The notes beneath the pieces were generated by a model that ran no database searches, was not told the DNA's origin, and saw nothing but the letters and a program-made list of their open reading frames with translations. 64,000 nucleotides of DNA from an uncultured Campylobacterales bacterium (lineage in GTDB: Bacteria > Campylobacterota > Campylobacteria > Campylobacterales > Arcobacteraceae): NCBI GenBank assembly GCA_938084175.1, contig CALKDR010000013.1, positions 23,929 to 87,928 of the forward strand, given 5' to 3'. Numbering within the stretch: position 1 is the first letter of the stretch; the number at the start of each line of letters is the position of its first letter. The position numbers and the translations under genes are program-made. This document shows, piece by piece, positions 48,549 through 58,496 of the stretch.

Positions 48549-49838
48549 ATGAACTTAAATTCTCTATTAATCAATGCATTAAAAGATTTAGAGTATGAAA
48601 AAGCAACGGAAATACAAGAAAAGTCTATACCTATAGCACTTAAAAAGAAAGACATATTAGCAGCTGCACAAAGTGGTACAGGTAAAACTGCTGCATTTTT
48701 ATTACCAATTTTAAATGAAATTCATGAAAATGCTCAAGGATTAAAAGCTAAAACATTAAGAGCTTTAATAATAGTACCAACAAGAGAATTAGCAAATCAA
48801 ATATCAAAAGTTATTGAAGATTTCTCAAAATACATTATGATTGAAAAAGCTGTTGTTTATGGTGGTGTTTCATCAACTATACAAGCTAAAAAAATCGAAC
48901 GTGGTTTAGATATTTTAGTAGCAACACCAGGAAGATTACAAGAGCATATTAGAAATAAAACAGTTGACTTATCTTCTGTTACAACTTTAGTTGTTGATGA
49001 AGTTGATACTATGCTTCATATGGGATTCTTATCAGATATTGAAGCAATATTTAAAGAAGCTAATCAAACTAGACAGATTTTAATGTATTCAGCAACAATG
49101 AATCAAAATGTTAAAAAATTAGCAAAAGAGTTTTTAAAAGATCCTGTAGTTATTGAGGTATCTTCTCAAAGATCAAGTGTTGAAAAAATTGTTCAAAGAG
49201 TAATTGAAGTTGATCCAAAACAAAAAGCTGCTTTATTATCTTATTTAATTGGTTCAGAAAACTACTCGCAAGTTTTAGTTTTTGTAAACACTAAAAAAGA
49301 AGCAGATGGTTTAGTTGAACACTTAAATCTTGATGGATTACCAGCATCTTGTATTCATGGTGATATTAGACAAACAGCACGTGCAAAAGCATTAAGAAAA
49401 TTTAGATCAGGTGATAATAGAGTCTTAGTTGCAACTGATATTGCAGCGCGTGGTATAGATATTCAAATGCTTCCATTAGTTGTAAATTTTGAATTGCCAG
49501 AAACAATTAATGACTATACACATAGAATTGGTAGAACTGGTCGTGCTGGACAATCTGGATTAGCAATTACATTATTAAGTGTAAAAGATTATAAAGCTAT
49601 GAAAGACATTGAAAAAGAACTAATCCTAGATTTAGGAAGAGAAGAAGTAGAAGGCTTTGAAGCAACTGAAAAAAAACCAAGAATCTTTATTCATAAAAGA
49701 AGACCACTTTCTCAAAAGAAAGGTTTAAAAGATAAATACGGTAAGCCAAAGCAAACAACAAAAACTAATAAAAAACCTAATCAAAAAGTATCTAAAAAAA
49801 CTACAAAAAGAGATGCAAACAGAAACTTCAGAAAATAA
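48549..49838 (+). CDS. DEAD-box RNA helicase (RhlE-like)
   Basis: 'AQSGTGKT', 'PTRELA', 'TPGRL', 'DEVD', 'SAT', 'ARGID', 'HRIGRTGRAG'; basic tail. Confidence 0.93.
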   Translation: MNLNSLLINALKDLEYEKATEIQEKSIPIALKKKDILAAAQSGTGKTAAFLLPILNEIHENAQGLKAKTLRALIIVPTRELANQISKVIEDFSKYIMIEKAVVYGGVSSTIQAKKIERGLDILVATPGRLQEHIRNKTVDLSSVTTLVVDEVDTMLHMGFLSDIEAIFKEANQTRQILMYSATMNQNVKKLAKEFLKDPVVIEVSSQRSSVEKIVQRVIEVDPKQKAALLSYLIGSENYSQVLVFVNTKKEADGLVEHLNLDGLPASCIHGDIRQTARAKALRKFRSGDNRVLVATDIAARGIDIQMLPLVVNFELPETINDYTHRIGRTGRAGQSGLAITLLSVKDYKAMKDIEKELILDLGREEVEGFEATEKKPRIFIHKRRPLSQKKGLKDKYGKPKQTTKTNKKPNQKVSKKTTKRDANRNFRK

Positions 49839-49861
49839 GATATCTTTTGATATCTTATTTT
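49832..49861. terminator. Bidirectional hairpin between convergent genes
   Basis: AAAATAAGATATC-TTTT-GATATCTTATTTT. Confidence 0.65.
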
Positions 49862-50382
49862 TAAATCACATGCATTTTCTTTAATATTTCATAAGTTTTA
49901 GAAACATCATATGTTGCACTATGATATTGAACATCATCAAAATCAATATTATAAAAAACACAAGTTTCATCTAATTTTGGATTTTTAATATTTCCATTTT
50001 TATTTAAAGCTTTTACTATTTTCTTATTTTCTTTCATCGTACAAAAATGATTTTCAAACTTAAGCATTCTATCAATATGTCTTAATTCAAAAGAGATATT
50101 ATGTGCAACTAAAGTCTTAGAATCTTTACAAAATTCTATAAAATCTAAATCTTCACTAAAGTAAGAAGAATAAGTTTTACCTTTTCTATGCGCTAAAATA
50201 AGTTCAGGTGTTAATTTATGAACTTCATAAGAGTAAGGGTTAACCGAGTATCTTGAAAGATAATATCTATGAAATTTATCTACAAGCTCATATTTATCAT
50301 TAATTTTTGTAAGTTTAACTGCTGCTACTTCTATTACATCACCAATATTTTGTGAATTTGTTTCAAAATCTAAAATTATCAT
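49861..50382 (-). CDS. DEDDh 3'-5' exonuclease
   Basis: 'LDFET', 'AHNISFE', 'FCTM', 'PKLDE', 'HSATYD'. Confidence 0.85.
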   Translation of the reverse strand: MIILDFETNSQNIGDVIEVAAVKLTKINDKYELVDKFHRYYLSRYSVNPYSYEVHKLTPELILAHRKGKTYSSYFSEDLDFIEFCKDSKTLVAHNISFELRHIDRMLKFENHFCTMKENKKIVKALNKNGNIKNPKLDETCVFYNIDFDDVQYHSATYDVSKTYEILKKMHVI

Positions 50383-50705
50383 ATTTTTATTTCATCTCTT
50401 TTTTCATAAATTAATTTTTGTAATCTTTTATATTCTATTTTGTTAATTGAATTTATTTCATCAATTAGCTTTTCATATTTTTTAAAAATTTGCCATATCT
50501 TATTTGCATGTTCATCTCTTTGCATTTTCATTAATTCTAAAAAAGCTATGCCATTTACAAAAGATTTTAATATAAATGACTCATCTCTTGTTTTTAGATT
50601 ATTTTTGTATTCTCTCCATAAGTCTTCACATTTATCATGTGCATTTATAAAATAATCTTTTTGTATAAGAATAAAAAGTTCGTCTAAATCATTTTTTATA
50701 TTCAT
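50379..50705 (-). CDS. DUF309-like protein
   Basis: 'YFINAHDKCEDLW' matches the DUF309 'F..AHE.LE..W' pattern. Confidence 0.65.
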   Translation of the reverse strand: MNIKNDLDELFILIQKDYFINAHDKCEDLWREYKNNLKTRDESFILKSFVNGIAFLELMKMQRDEHANKIWQIFKKYEKLIDEINSINKIEYKRLQKLIYEKRDEIKI

Positions 50706-50822
50706 TAATAGCCTATATTTGGATTTGTAATTATATCAAAGTAAATTTAAAGTAGTTTATAAAGCTAATAATATTTTAATATAACAAGTTATACAATATG
50801 TAAAGGTTCAAAAGGAGTTTTT

Positions 50823-51633
50823 ATGCAAATAGGAAACAACTCTCAAACAAATGTAGACTTATACTTAAATACAAAGCAGTCTTTAAATAAGATTGCAACA
50901 GGTGTTACACTAAATCAAGTAAGTAATGATGCTTCAAGTTTAGCAATATCAAGTAAATGGTTATTCTAAAGCAATGCAAAATACTAATTCAGTACTAGCA
51001 TTAAGCAAAATAGCAGATGCTACTACAAATGAACAATCTAATATTTTAGATAATATAAAAGAAAAACTATTACAAGTATCAACAGATACAACAAGCTAAG
51101 AAGGTCGTGATGCTATTTTAAAAAATATTAAATCTTTACTTGAGCAATTTGACAATAATGCTTCTAGTACAAACTATAATGAAAATACCTTATTACAAAA
51201 TAGCGATACAAATAATGCCAAAAGCAATAGTTTACAATTTCAAGCAGGAAATGAGAATGCTGATATAATAGACTTACAAACAGTTCAATCTAATACTCAA
51301 GGATTAGCTTTAACAGAATTATTAAATCAAGATGCAAACAGTTTCTCAAGTTCTAATGCACGAGATTTTTTAGAAGATATTGATAATGCACTTAGTGGAT
51401 TAAGTGATATAAGAAGCGAATTTGCTTCTGTTTCTAATCAATTAGAAAGTTCAACTACAAATTTAATAACACAGCAAAATCAAAGCAGTCAAGCAAACTC
51501 TGTTTTTGATACAGATTATGCAAAAGAATCAGCTAATTTCACTAAACAAAATATCTTAGCTCAAATTGGTGCATTTACAAGTTCTCAAGCTAATAATATC
51601 AATCAACAAACCGTTGGACGATTATTAACTTAA
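50823..51633 (+). pseudogene. Short flagellin-like gene, disrupted
   Basis: 'SLNKIATG..NDASSLAIS', frameshift, 'IAD..EQSNILDNIKEKLLQ..S*', 'FQAG', 'DTDYAKESANFTKQNILAQ'. Confidence 0.88.
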
Positions 51634-51643
51634 AAAATATCTG

Positions 51644-51667
51644 AACTCAAAGCATAAGCTTTGAGTT
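51644..51667. terminator. Bidirectional hairpin
   Basis: AACTCAAAGC-ATAA-GCTTTGAGTT. Confidence 0.65.
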
Positions 51668-51669
51668 TA

Positions 51670-52605
51670 TTAAAAGTTTATTGTCTCAGTGATTCTAATT
51701 CTATTTTTTCTATGTTTTGAGAATTTATGAAATTCTTTATTTTTATAAACAAAATAGTTTTCATAACCTACTAAAACTCTTTGTTTTCTTCTTTTTTTAT
51801 GTCTTTCATATCTATTGTCATCATCATAAGCTCTTACATTAGGTTTTAAAAATCGTTTTGAAATAAAGTATCCTATTATAAACATAAATATAAAAGCTAT
51901 TAAAGAATAAGTGATAATTTCTTTTTTGACTTTTTCAAACCATTTATTATTGTTTAAAACTTCAATAATCACATATTTAGATCCAAGGTAATATGACTCA
52001 GGTTCTTTTATAATATGAATCATATTATTTGAAAGATAAGTAATATCATCAAACTTTACATCACTAAACTTTACATCACTTAATTTTAAAGTAGAAAATA
52101 TCAATTTTTTTCACTATCAAAATTTACATGTAAGTCTTTTAATTGGAAAATTAAGTCGTTTGAGTATTCTTGTAAAACATGACGTTTTTCTTGCTGCATT
52201 AAATCTTTTTGAAATTTATAATAAGTGAATGATACGCCACCAATAATCACAAAAACTAAAAAAGAGTATAAAAGACTAAACTCTAAGAGTGTTCTAGTCT
52301 CGCTCTTGGTTAAATCGATATCCAAACTTTTTAAGACTAACAATTTTTTCTTTCCCTAGTATTTTTCTAAGATTTTTTATATAAGTTTTTAAAGAGTTAT
52401 CACTATACTCTTCGTCATATTTTTTTAAAATATCAAAACTATTAATTTTTGGAACATTTACATCTAAAAGTAATAAATCAAAATTATTTTCATAAATAGC
52501 TTCTTCTCCATCGAAGACTTATACTACGTCATAGCCTTCATCTTCTAGATATTCAACAACTGTTTCGTTTAAAGTTAAGTCATCTTCTAGTAATAATATT
52601 AATAT
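51670..52605 (-). pseudogene. Decayed OmpR-type response regulator + sensor kinase pair, fused to the 3' end of an unrelated gene
   Basis: 'ILLLEDD..LLLLDVNVP' joined to 'LKTYIKNLRKILGK..GYRF'; kinase TM1/TM2 ending at 'FLKP' then 'VRAYDDDNRYERH..LVGYENYF'; no HisKA/HATPase; 15-bp tandem duplication at 52051-52080. Confidence 0.75.
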
Positions 52606-52863
52606 TCTTTTTTATTGCTTATACTTTTTCTATTTTATTATTATTGTGACATAATAAATGTGGAATAATTGTTTAAAACTTAAGTATAGCAAAGGTAGCA
52701 CTATTTCATTCATTAAATAGCGCTTTCGTAGCATATTAGTAATATACTGCTATTTATCCTATTTTTTTCATTTTTTGTTGTTTTTTTAATGAAATAGTAA
52801 GTAGAAAGATTCTTCCATTATGTATAATTTACATAGAAGCAAACAATGAAGTAAGGATAACTT

Positions 52864-53634
52864 ATGACACAAATAGGAAAATTATTCAATAAAACACCAT
52901 ATTTAGTAAGAGATTTAGATAATACTTACAAAGATGTAATTTATGTTGAAAATATAATTAAAACATTGCTAACAAAGTACGGCATAAAAGCAGATGATAT
53001 TGTAAATGTATTCTCAAACAATAGAGATGACTTATTACATTTCCATATTGTAATAAAAACGAATATGCCAAAAGAAAATCTATACTTAAAATATGAAAAA
53101 GAAGATATAGAATTTACTTTCGAAGAATATAAAGAATCAAAAACAAAAACAAAATATATAAATTCATTTATGTTTATAGAGACATTTAAACATTTAAATG
53201 AAAATAGTTTAGTAAGAGTATTTGAAGATATAATTGGTTGTGATGGGAAAAAACTATTTATTTCCGTTTCAAAAGAAAACTTAAAATTATTTCAACCAAG
53301 ATCAAAACATTATTATTACAGAGATATACTAATTTTAAAAAAAGAAATAGTTTGTGATACTGCAGCTTCATTTAATATTGATGTAGCCGAATTATTCCGA
53401 GACTTACATCCAAATGTAATTAAACAAGTTTGTAAAGATTTAAATCTTACTTATAAAAAGCTATCTTATGAGTTAGGTTATAAACCAGACACTATAAATA
53501 AAGCAGCATCATCAGGAAAGATTAGTTTCCAATTAAGTAAAGCAATTGAACTTTATTTAGAAAATTTAAGACTTAAAGAAGAACTAAAAGATTTTGAGTT
53601 GATTAAACAAACTTTACAAAATGTAATGGTTTAA
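52864..53634 (+). CDS. Protein with C-terminal XRE-like HTH and unrecognised N-terminal domain
   Basis: 'NVIKQVCKDLNLTYKKLSYELGYKPDTINKAAS' HTH; N-terminal part contains 'LHFHIVI'. Confidence 0.7.
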   Translation: MTQIGKLFNKTPYLVRDLDNTYKDVIYVENIIKTLLTKYGIKADDIVNVFSNNRDDLLHFHIVIKTNMPKENLYLKYEKEDIEFTFEEYKESKTKTKYINSFMFIETFKHLNENSLVRVFEDIIGCDGKKLFISVSKENLKLFQPRSKHYYYRDILILKKEIVCDTAASFNIDVAELFRDLHPNVIKQVCKDLNLTYKKLSYELGYKPDTINKAASSGKISFQLSKAIELYLENLRLKEELKDFELIKQTLQNVMV

Positions 53635-53683
53635 GTTTTTCTAAACATAATTTTTACTACAATCAAATCAAAAAAGAGTCTGA

Positions 53684-53983
53684 ATGTTAAAAAACCTACT
53701 ATTATTAAGTACAATTGCATTGCTTTTTACAGCATGTATTGGTCAAGAAAAAGAGCATAACTGGCATTCTTTTATTTATCCTGATAAGCAGAATACAAAA
53801 AGAAGTCTAAAAAGTCCAATGGTATTTAAAAGTTTACAAGAGTGTCAAATAGAATCAGAGAAACAACTAAAAATATTAAAAATAACAGAAGTTGGAACTT
53901 ATAAATGTGGTCTTAATTGTGAATTTCATGATGGTATGAAACTTGAAGTTTGTGAAAAAATGCTAGCAGCACCAGTAAAATAG
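53684..53983 (+). CDS. Small Cys-containing lipoprotein
   Basis: Lipobox 'FTAC'; 'FKSLQEC..YKCGLNC..VCE'. Confidence 0.7.
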   Translation: MLKNLLLLSTIALLFTACIGQEKEHNWHSFIYPDKQNTKRSLKSPMVFKSLQECQIESEKQLKILKITEVGTYKCGLNCEFHDGMKLEVCEKMLAAPVK

Positions 53984-54059
53984 TATTCGTACTATTTTAC
54001 CCCCCTCCTTTTACCCCTTTAATAATAAATTTATTTTTTATGCTTTATAATACCTAAAT

Positions 54060-54513
54060 ATTCATGCTAAAGAGTTTTCTATTACAGGCGATTTAAATGA
54101 AGCATCATACTTATTAAATACAAAAAAATAGATATTATATTTACAGAATACAATAATCTCGAATATTTTCAAGAAATCAGAAAAAAGAATTCAAAAATTC
54201 AAATCATAATTGCAACAGATTTAATTAAAAAATCTTACTTAGTAAATAGTATTGATCTAAATTAACTAAATATTTGAAAATGCCAATAACAAAAGAAGAT
54301 TTAATATCTTCATTAAAAGATTGTGTTAAAACACATTACGCAAATAAATCTAATATTCTTAGTTTAAAAAATGAAGAAATTGATAAAAGTATTTGGGATG
54401 GATCTATGAATCAAAATGCATTAAGATCTGTTGTTAAAGAATTAAGAAAAAAGACTTATAAAGAATTAATCAAAAATATTTCAGGTATTGGCTACAGATT
54501 TAATTTAAATTAA
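54060..54513 (+). pseudogene. OmpR-family response regulator remnant
   Basis: Degenerate receiver fragments plus wHTH end 'SIWDGSMNQNALRSVVKELRKK..IKNISGIGYRF'; 5' end approximate. Confidence 0.7.
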
Positions 54514-54559
54514 GCTATTTATAGTAAAACTTATCTTATAAAAATTAAGAAAGATTACT

Positions 54560-56332
54560 ATGAATAAACACATCTCATTTAAATATATATTTAAACTTTT
54601 ACTAGATAATAAAAAACACTTAATAATAGGTCAAATAATAACATTTATTGCCATATTAATAAGTGTTCCAATTCCTTTGATGCTTCCTATTTTAGTCGAT
54701 GAAGTACTACTAGATAAACCAGATTTTTTTGTAAACACAATTAATAACACTTTTGGCCTTGGAAATGCATTTTATTATATTGTTATTGTTGCACTAGCCG
54801 TTGTTTTTTTAAGATTAATATATTTTGTTTTTACAGTACTAATAACAAAAATATTTACTTATATTTCAAAATATGTTACTTATAAGTTAAGAGTAAAAAT
54901 ATTAACTCATTTAAAATTAGTAAATATGAACGAATATGAAAGTTTAGGATCAGGTGCAATTTCTTCAAATTTAGTAACTGATATAAATACCTTAGATACT
55001 TTTATAATATCAATAGCAAGTAAACTTGTAGCATCAATTTTAACATTAATAGCAGTTGCTGTTGTAATTATTGCAATTGATCCAATATTAGGTTTAATGA
55101 TTCTATTTATACAACCAATTATTATGCTTCTTTCAAAGAAAATATCTAAAAAAACTGGTGCTTTAAAGAAAGAAGAAAATCAAGCAATTGAAGAATTTCA
55201 GGACAATGTTGGTGAGACTTTAGACTTATTTGGACAAATAAAAGCTAGTAACAAAGAAGAATATTTTTTCAATCAAGCTATTGAAAAAGCAGAAAATATT
55301 AAAATCACTTCAAATGAATATAACTATAAAAGTGTAGCTTATGAAAGATTTTCATTTACAATATTTTTAGTTGCTTTTGAAGTATTTAGATCAACAGGAC
55401 TTATATTAGTTGAATATAATAGTTTATCAATAGGTATGATGTTTGCTATGTTTGGTTATATATGGTTTATTATGACACCTGTTCAAGATATATTATCAAT
55501 TCAATATTCATATGCAAGTGCTGATGCTGCTATTAATAGAATTAACAGAATTTTAGACTTAGATATTGAAAAAAATGGAAATGAAAAACTTTGTGTAAAA
55601 AATAAGAAAGTAGATATTTCGATAAAAGATTTGACTTTCGCATACAATAAAGAAAAAAATATTTTGCAAAATATTTCTCTTGATATAAAAAATGGAAATA
55701 AGGTTGCTTTAATTGGTGCAAGTGGAAGTGGGAAAACAACTCTTGCACAAATAATATCAGGTTTTTATTCAAAAAATAACGGTGATATTTTTTATAATGA
55801 TATAAGTATTGATAAATTAAATAGACAAAGCCTAAGAGAAAATATCTTCTTAGTACTTCAAATGCCAATTTTATTTAATAATACTCTTAGATTTAATATC
55901 ACAATGGGAAATGAGAATATAAATGATGAAGAAATTTTCCATGCTTTAAAAATTGCTCAATTAGATGATGTTGTTTTAAAAATGACTGAAGGTTTAGAAA
56001 CAATTGTAGGACGGCATGGAATTAGATTAAGTGGTGGACAAAGACAAAGATTATCAATTGCTAGAATGATAATAGCAGACCCAAGTGTTGTAATCTTTGA
56101 TGAGTCAACATCAGCTCTTGATGTTCATACAGAAGCCAAACTTTTTATTGCTTTAGAAGAAGTTTTAAAACATAAAACAGTAATTACAATTGCACATAGA
56201 CTAAGTACAGTTAAAAATGCAAATATGATTTATGTCTTAGATGAAGGAACAATTGTTCAAAGAGGTAATCATAATGAACTAGAAGCAGAAGAAGGACATT
56301 ATATGGAGTTTGTAAAAAACCAATTAATTTAA
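54560..56332 (+). CDS. ABC exporter, fused permease/ATPase
   Basis: TM domain; 'GASGSGKT', 'LSGGQRQR', 'IFDESTSALD', 'IAHRLST'. Confidence 0.92.
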   Translation: MNKHISFKYIFKLLLDNKKHLIIGQIITFIAILISVPIPLMLPILVDEVLLDKPDFFVNTINNTFGLGNAFYYIVIVALAVVFLRLIYFVFTVLITKIFTYISKYVTYKLRVKILTHLKLVNMNEYESLGSGAISSNLVTDINTLDTFIISIASKLVASILTLIAVAVVIIAIDPILGLMILFIQPIIMLLSKKISKKTGALKKEENQAIEEFQDNVGETLDLFGQIKASNKEEYFFNQAIEKAENIKITSNEYNYKSVAYERFSFTIFLVAFEVFRSTGLILVEYNSLSIGMMFAMFGYIWFIMTPVQDILSIQYSYASADAAINRINRILDLDIEKNGNEKLCVKNKKVDISIKDLTFAYNKEKNILQNISLDIKNGNKVALIGASGSGKTTLAQIISGFYSKNNGDIFYNDISIDKLNRQSLRENIFLVLQMPILFNNTLRFNITMGNENINDEEIFHALKIAQLDDVVLKMTEGLETIVGRHGIRLSGGQRQRLSIARMIIADPSVVIFDESTSALDVHTEAKLFIALEEVLKHKTVITIAHRLSTVKNANMIYVLDEGTIVQRGNHNELEAEEGHYMEFVKNQLI

Positions 56333-56336
56333 TCAA

Positions 56337-56368
56337 TAAAATATATACAATAAAATGTATATATTTTA
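56337..56368. terminator. 13-bp inverted repeat (terminator or operator) between ABC exporter and glucosylglycerate cluster
   Basis: TAAAATATATACA-ATAAAA-TGTATATATTTTA. Confidence 0.45.
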
Positions 56369-56413
56369 TACATCTATTATTTAATATACAAATTTAATTT
56401 GATATACTAAATT

Positions 56414-57196
56414 ATGTTACACAAAGAAAAAGAAAACTATCTTATTTTTACAGATTTAGATGGAACATTACTTGATCATGATACATATAGTTTTGCTTAT
56501 GCAAATGAAATGATTTCGTATCTAAAATCAAATAATATTCCATTAATTATAATTACTAGTAAAACAAAACAAGAAACATTAAAACTCATAAATAAACTTC
56601 AAATAAACTTCCCATTTATAGTTGAAAATGGTGCTGGTATCTTTATTCCTAATAAAGAAGGTTATGAACAAATAACAATGGGGAAAACATATAAAGAAGT
56701 TTTAGATTTTTTTAATACTTATAAAAAAGAGTTTAAAATAAAAGGTTTCTTTGATATGAGTGAAGAAGAAATTTCTTCTTTAACAGGCCTTGATATAGAA
56801 GACGCAAAACTTGCAAAAAAAAGAGATTTTTGTGAACCTTTTATAATTGAAGATGAATCAAAAATTAATACTCTTAAACATCTTAGTTTAAAAAAAGGAT
56901 TTGATATTGTAAAAGGTGGAAGATTCTACCATTTAATTAGCAAGAATCAAGATAAAGCAAATGCTCTTATAAAACTACAAAAAATCTATGAAAAACAATC
57001 AAATAAAGAATATAAAACTATAGCGTTAGGTGATGGTGCAAATGATACTACAATGCTTGATAATGTAGATATCCCTATATTAATCAGAAAATTTGATGGT
57101 ACTTTTATAGACTATGCTAGAAAAGACTTAATAAAGACAAAAGAAATTGGTCCTTTAGGTTGGAATGAAACATTGAAAGGAATTTTATGCAAATAA
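56414..57196 (+). CDS. gpgP: Glucosyl-/mannosyl-3-phosphoglycerate phosphatase (HAD IIB)
   Basis: 'FTDLDGTLLD', 'TSKT', 'PFIVENG', 'GGRFYH', 'ALGDGAND'; cluster context. Confidence 0.85.
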   Translation: MLHKEKENYLIFTDLDGTLLDHDTYSFAYANEMISYLKSNNIPLIIITSKTKQETLKLINKLQINFPFIVENGAGIFIPNKEGYEQITMGKTYKEVLDFFNTYKKEFKIKGFFDMSEEEISSLTGLDIEDAKLAKKRDFCEPFIIEDESKINTLKHLSLKKGFDIVKGGRFYHLISKNQDKANALIKLQKIYEKQSNKEYKTIALGDGANDTTMLDNVDIPILIRKFDGTFIDYARKDLIKTKEIGPLGWNETLKGILCK

Positions 57197-58494
57197 CAGA
57201 AATATTAAAAGATTCATTTATAGAAGTTCTAAAAGATATAGAACCATCTAAACTAATCAACAACAAATGTATTTTTAATAAAGATACAAATGAAATAATT
57301 ATTGATAATCAAATAATTTCCTTGCCAAGAGATAAAAAAATTCACCTATTTGGTTCAGGAAAAGCAGTTTTAAGTATGGCAAAAAGCATTTATGAAAACT
57401 TAGAAGAAAAAATACAAAAATCTGTATTAGTAGGTCCTTATGATAATAGTTTAGATAAAAAAGATTTAAACTATTTAAAAAGCACCCACCCTATTCCTAG
57501 TTCTAAGAGTGAAAATTCGGCTAGAACTTTAAAAGAAAATATTGAAAGTTTAAATGAGGATGATTTCTTTATATATTTACTTTCAGGAGGAAATTCTGCA
57601 CTAGTTGAACTTCCTGTTGCTAATATTACTATGAATGAATTTCAAGAAACGACAGATTTGATGTTAAAAGGATCTATGCCTATAGTTGCTATGAATTGTA
57701 TTAGAAAACATTTATCACAAGTAAAAGGTGGAAGACTAGTAACAAATTGTAAAGCAAAAGGTGTTGTTCTTGTATTGAGTGATGTTTTATCAAATGACTT
57801 AGAAGCAATAGGTTCAGCACCTCTATATTTTGACAGTTCAACTTTTGAAGATAGTATTAAGTATTTAAAAGAGTATGAATTATTTGATAAGATTCCTAAA
57901 AAAGTAAAAACATATTTAATAGATGGTAAAAACAAGAAAATAGAAGATACGCCTAAAAAGAAAAATGAAAATATAAAACATTTTTTGATTGCCTCAAATG
58001 AGATACTTTTAAACGATATAAAAAACAATCTTCTTTCAAAGAATATTATTGCTGAAATAATGGATAAAAAAATAGAAGAAGATGTGAATATAGTAGTAAA
58101 AGAGTTATTGGATTTTATTAAGACAAAACAAGAAGGATGCTTTATATTTGGTGGTGAGGCTTTAGTAAAAGTTACTGCAAATGGAAAAGGTGGAAGAAAT
58201 CAACATCTTATTTTATCTTTTTTAGATAAATTCCCAAAAGATATAGAACTAGCAATACTAAGTGCTGCTAGTGATGGAATAGATGGAAACTCAAATAGTG
58301 CTGGTGCAGTTATAAATAATAAAACATTAGAAGATGTAAAAGTATTAGATTTAGATATTAAAAAATACTTAGAAGATTTTAACTCAAATGAGTTTTTTGA
58401 AAAAACAGGTAATTTAATAAATACAGGTCCTAGTCATAATAATATGCTAGATGTATTAATAATTCATATAAAAAATAAAATTAAGGAAAAATAA
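57187..58494 (+). CDS. Glycerate 2-kinase (MOFRL/TtuD family)
   Basis: 'GSGKA', 'THPIP', 'LLSGG', 'RKHLSQVKGGRL', 'GKGGRNQ', 'SDGIDG'. Confidence 0.9.
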   Translation: MQITEILKDSFIEVLKDIEPSKLINNKCIFNKDTNEIIIDNQIISLPRDKKIHLFGSGKAVLSMAKSIYENLEEKIQKSVLVGPYDNSLDKKDLNYLKSTHPIPSSKSENSARTLKENIESLNEDDFFIYLLSGGNSALVELPVANITMNEFQETTDLMLKGSMPIVAMNCIRKHLSQVKGGRLVTNCKAKGVVLVLSDVLSNDLEAIGSAPLYFDSSTFEDSIKYLKEYELFDKIPKKVKTYLIDGKNKKIEDTPKKKNENIKHFLIASNEILLNDIKNNLLSKNIIAEIMDKKIEEDVNIVVKELLDFIKTKQEGCFIFGGEALVKVTANGKGGRNQHLILSFLDKFPKDIELAILSAASDGIDGNSNSAGAVINNKTLEDVKVLDLDIKKYLEDFNSNEFFEKTGNLINTGPSHNNMLDVLIIHIKNKIKEK

Positions 58495-58496
58495 AA

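Noticed and set aside
53995-54020. TTTTACCCC repeat / C-tract as a phase-variable switch
   Set aside because: Tract is only C6, intergenic and upstream of an already dead response regulator.
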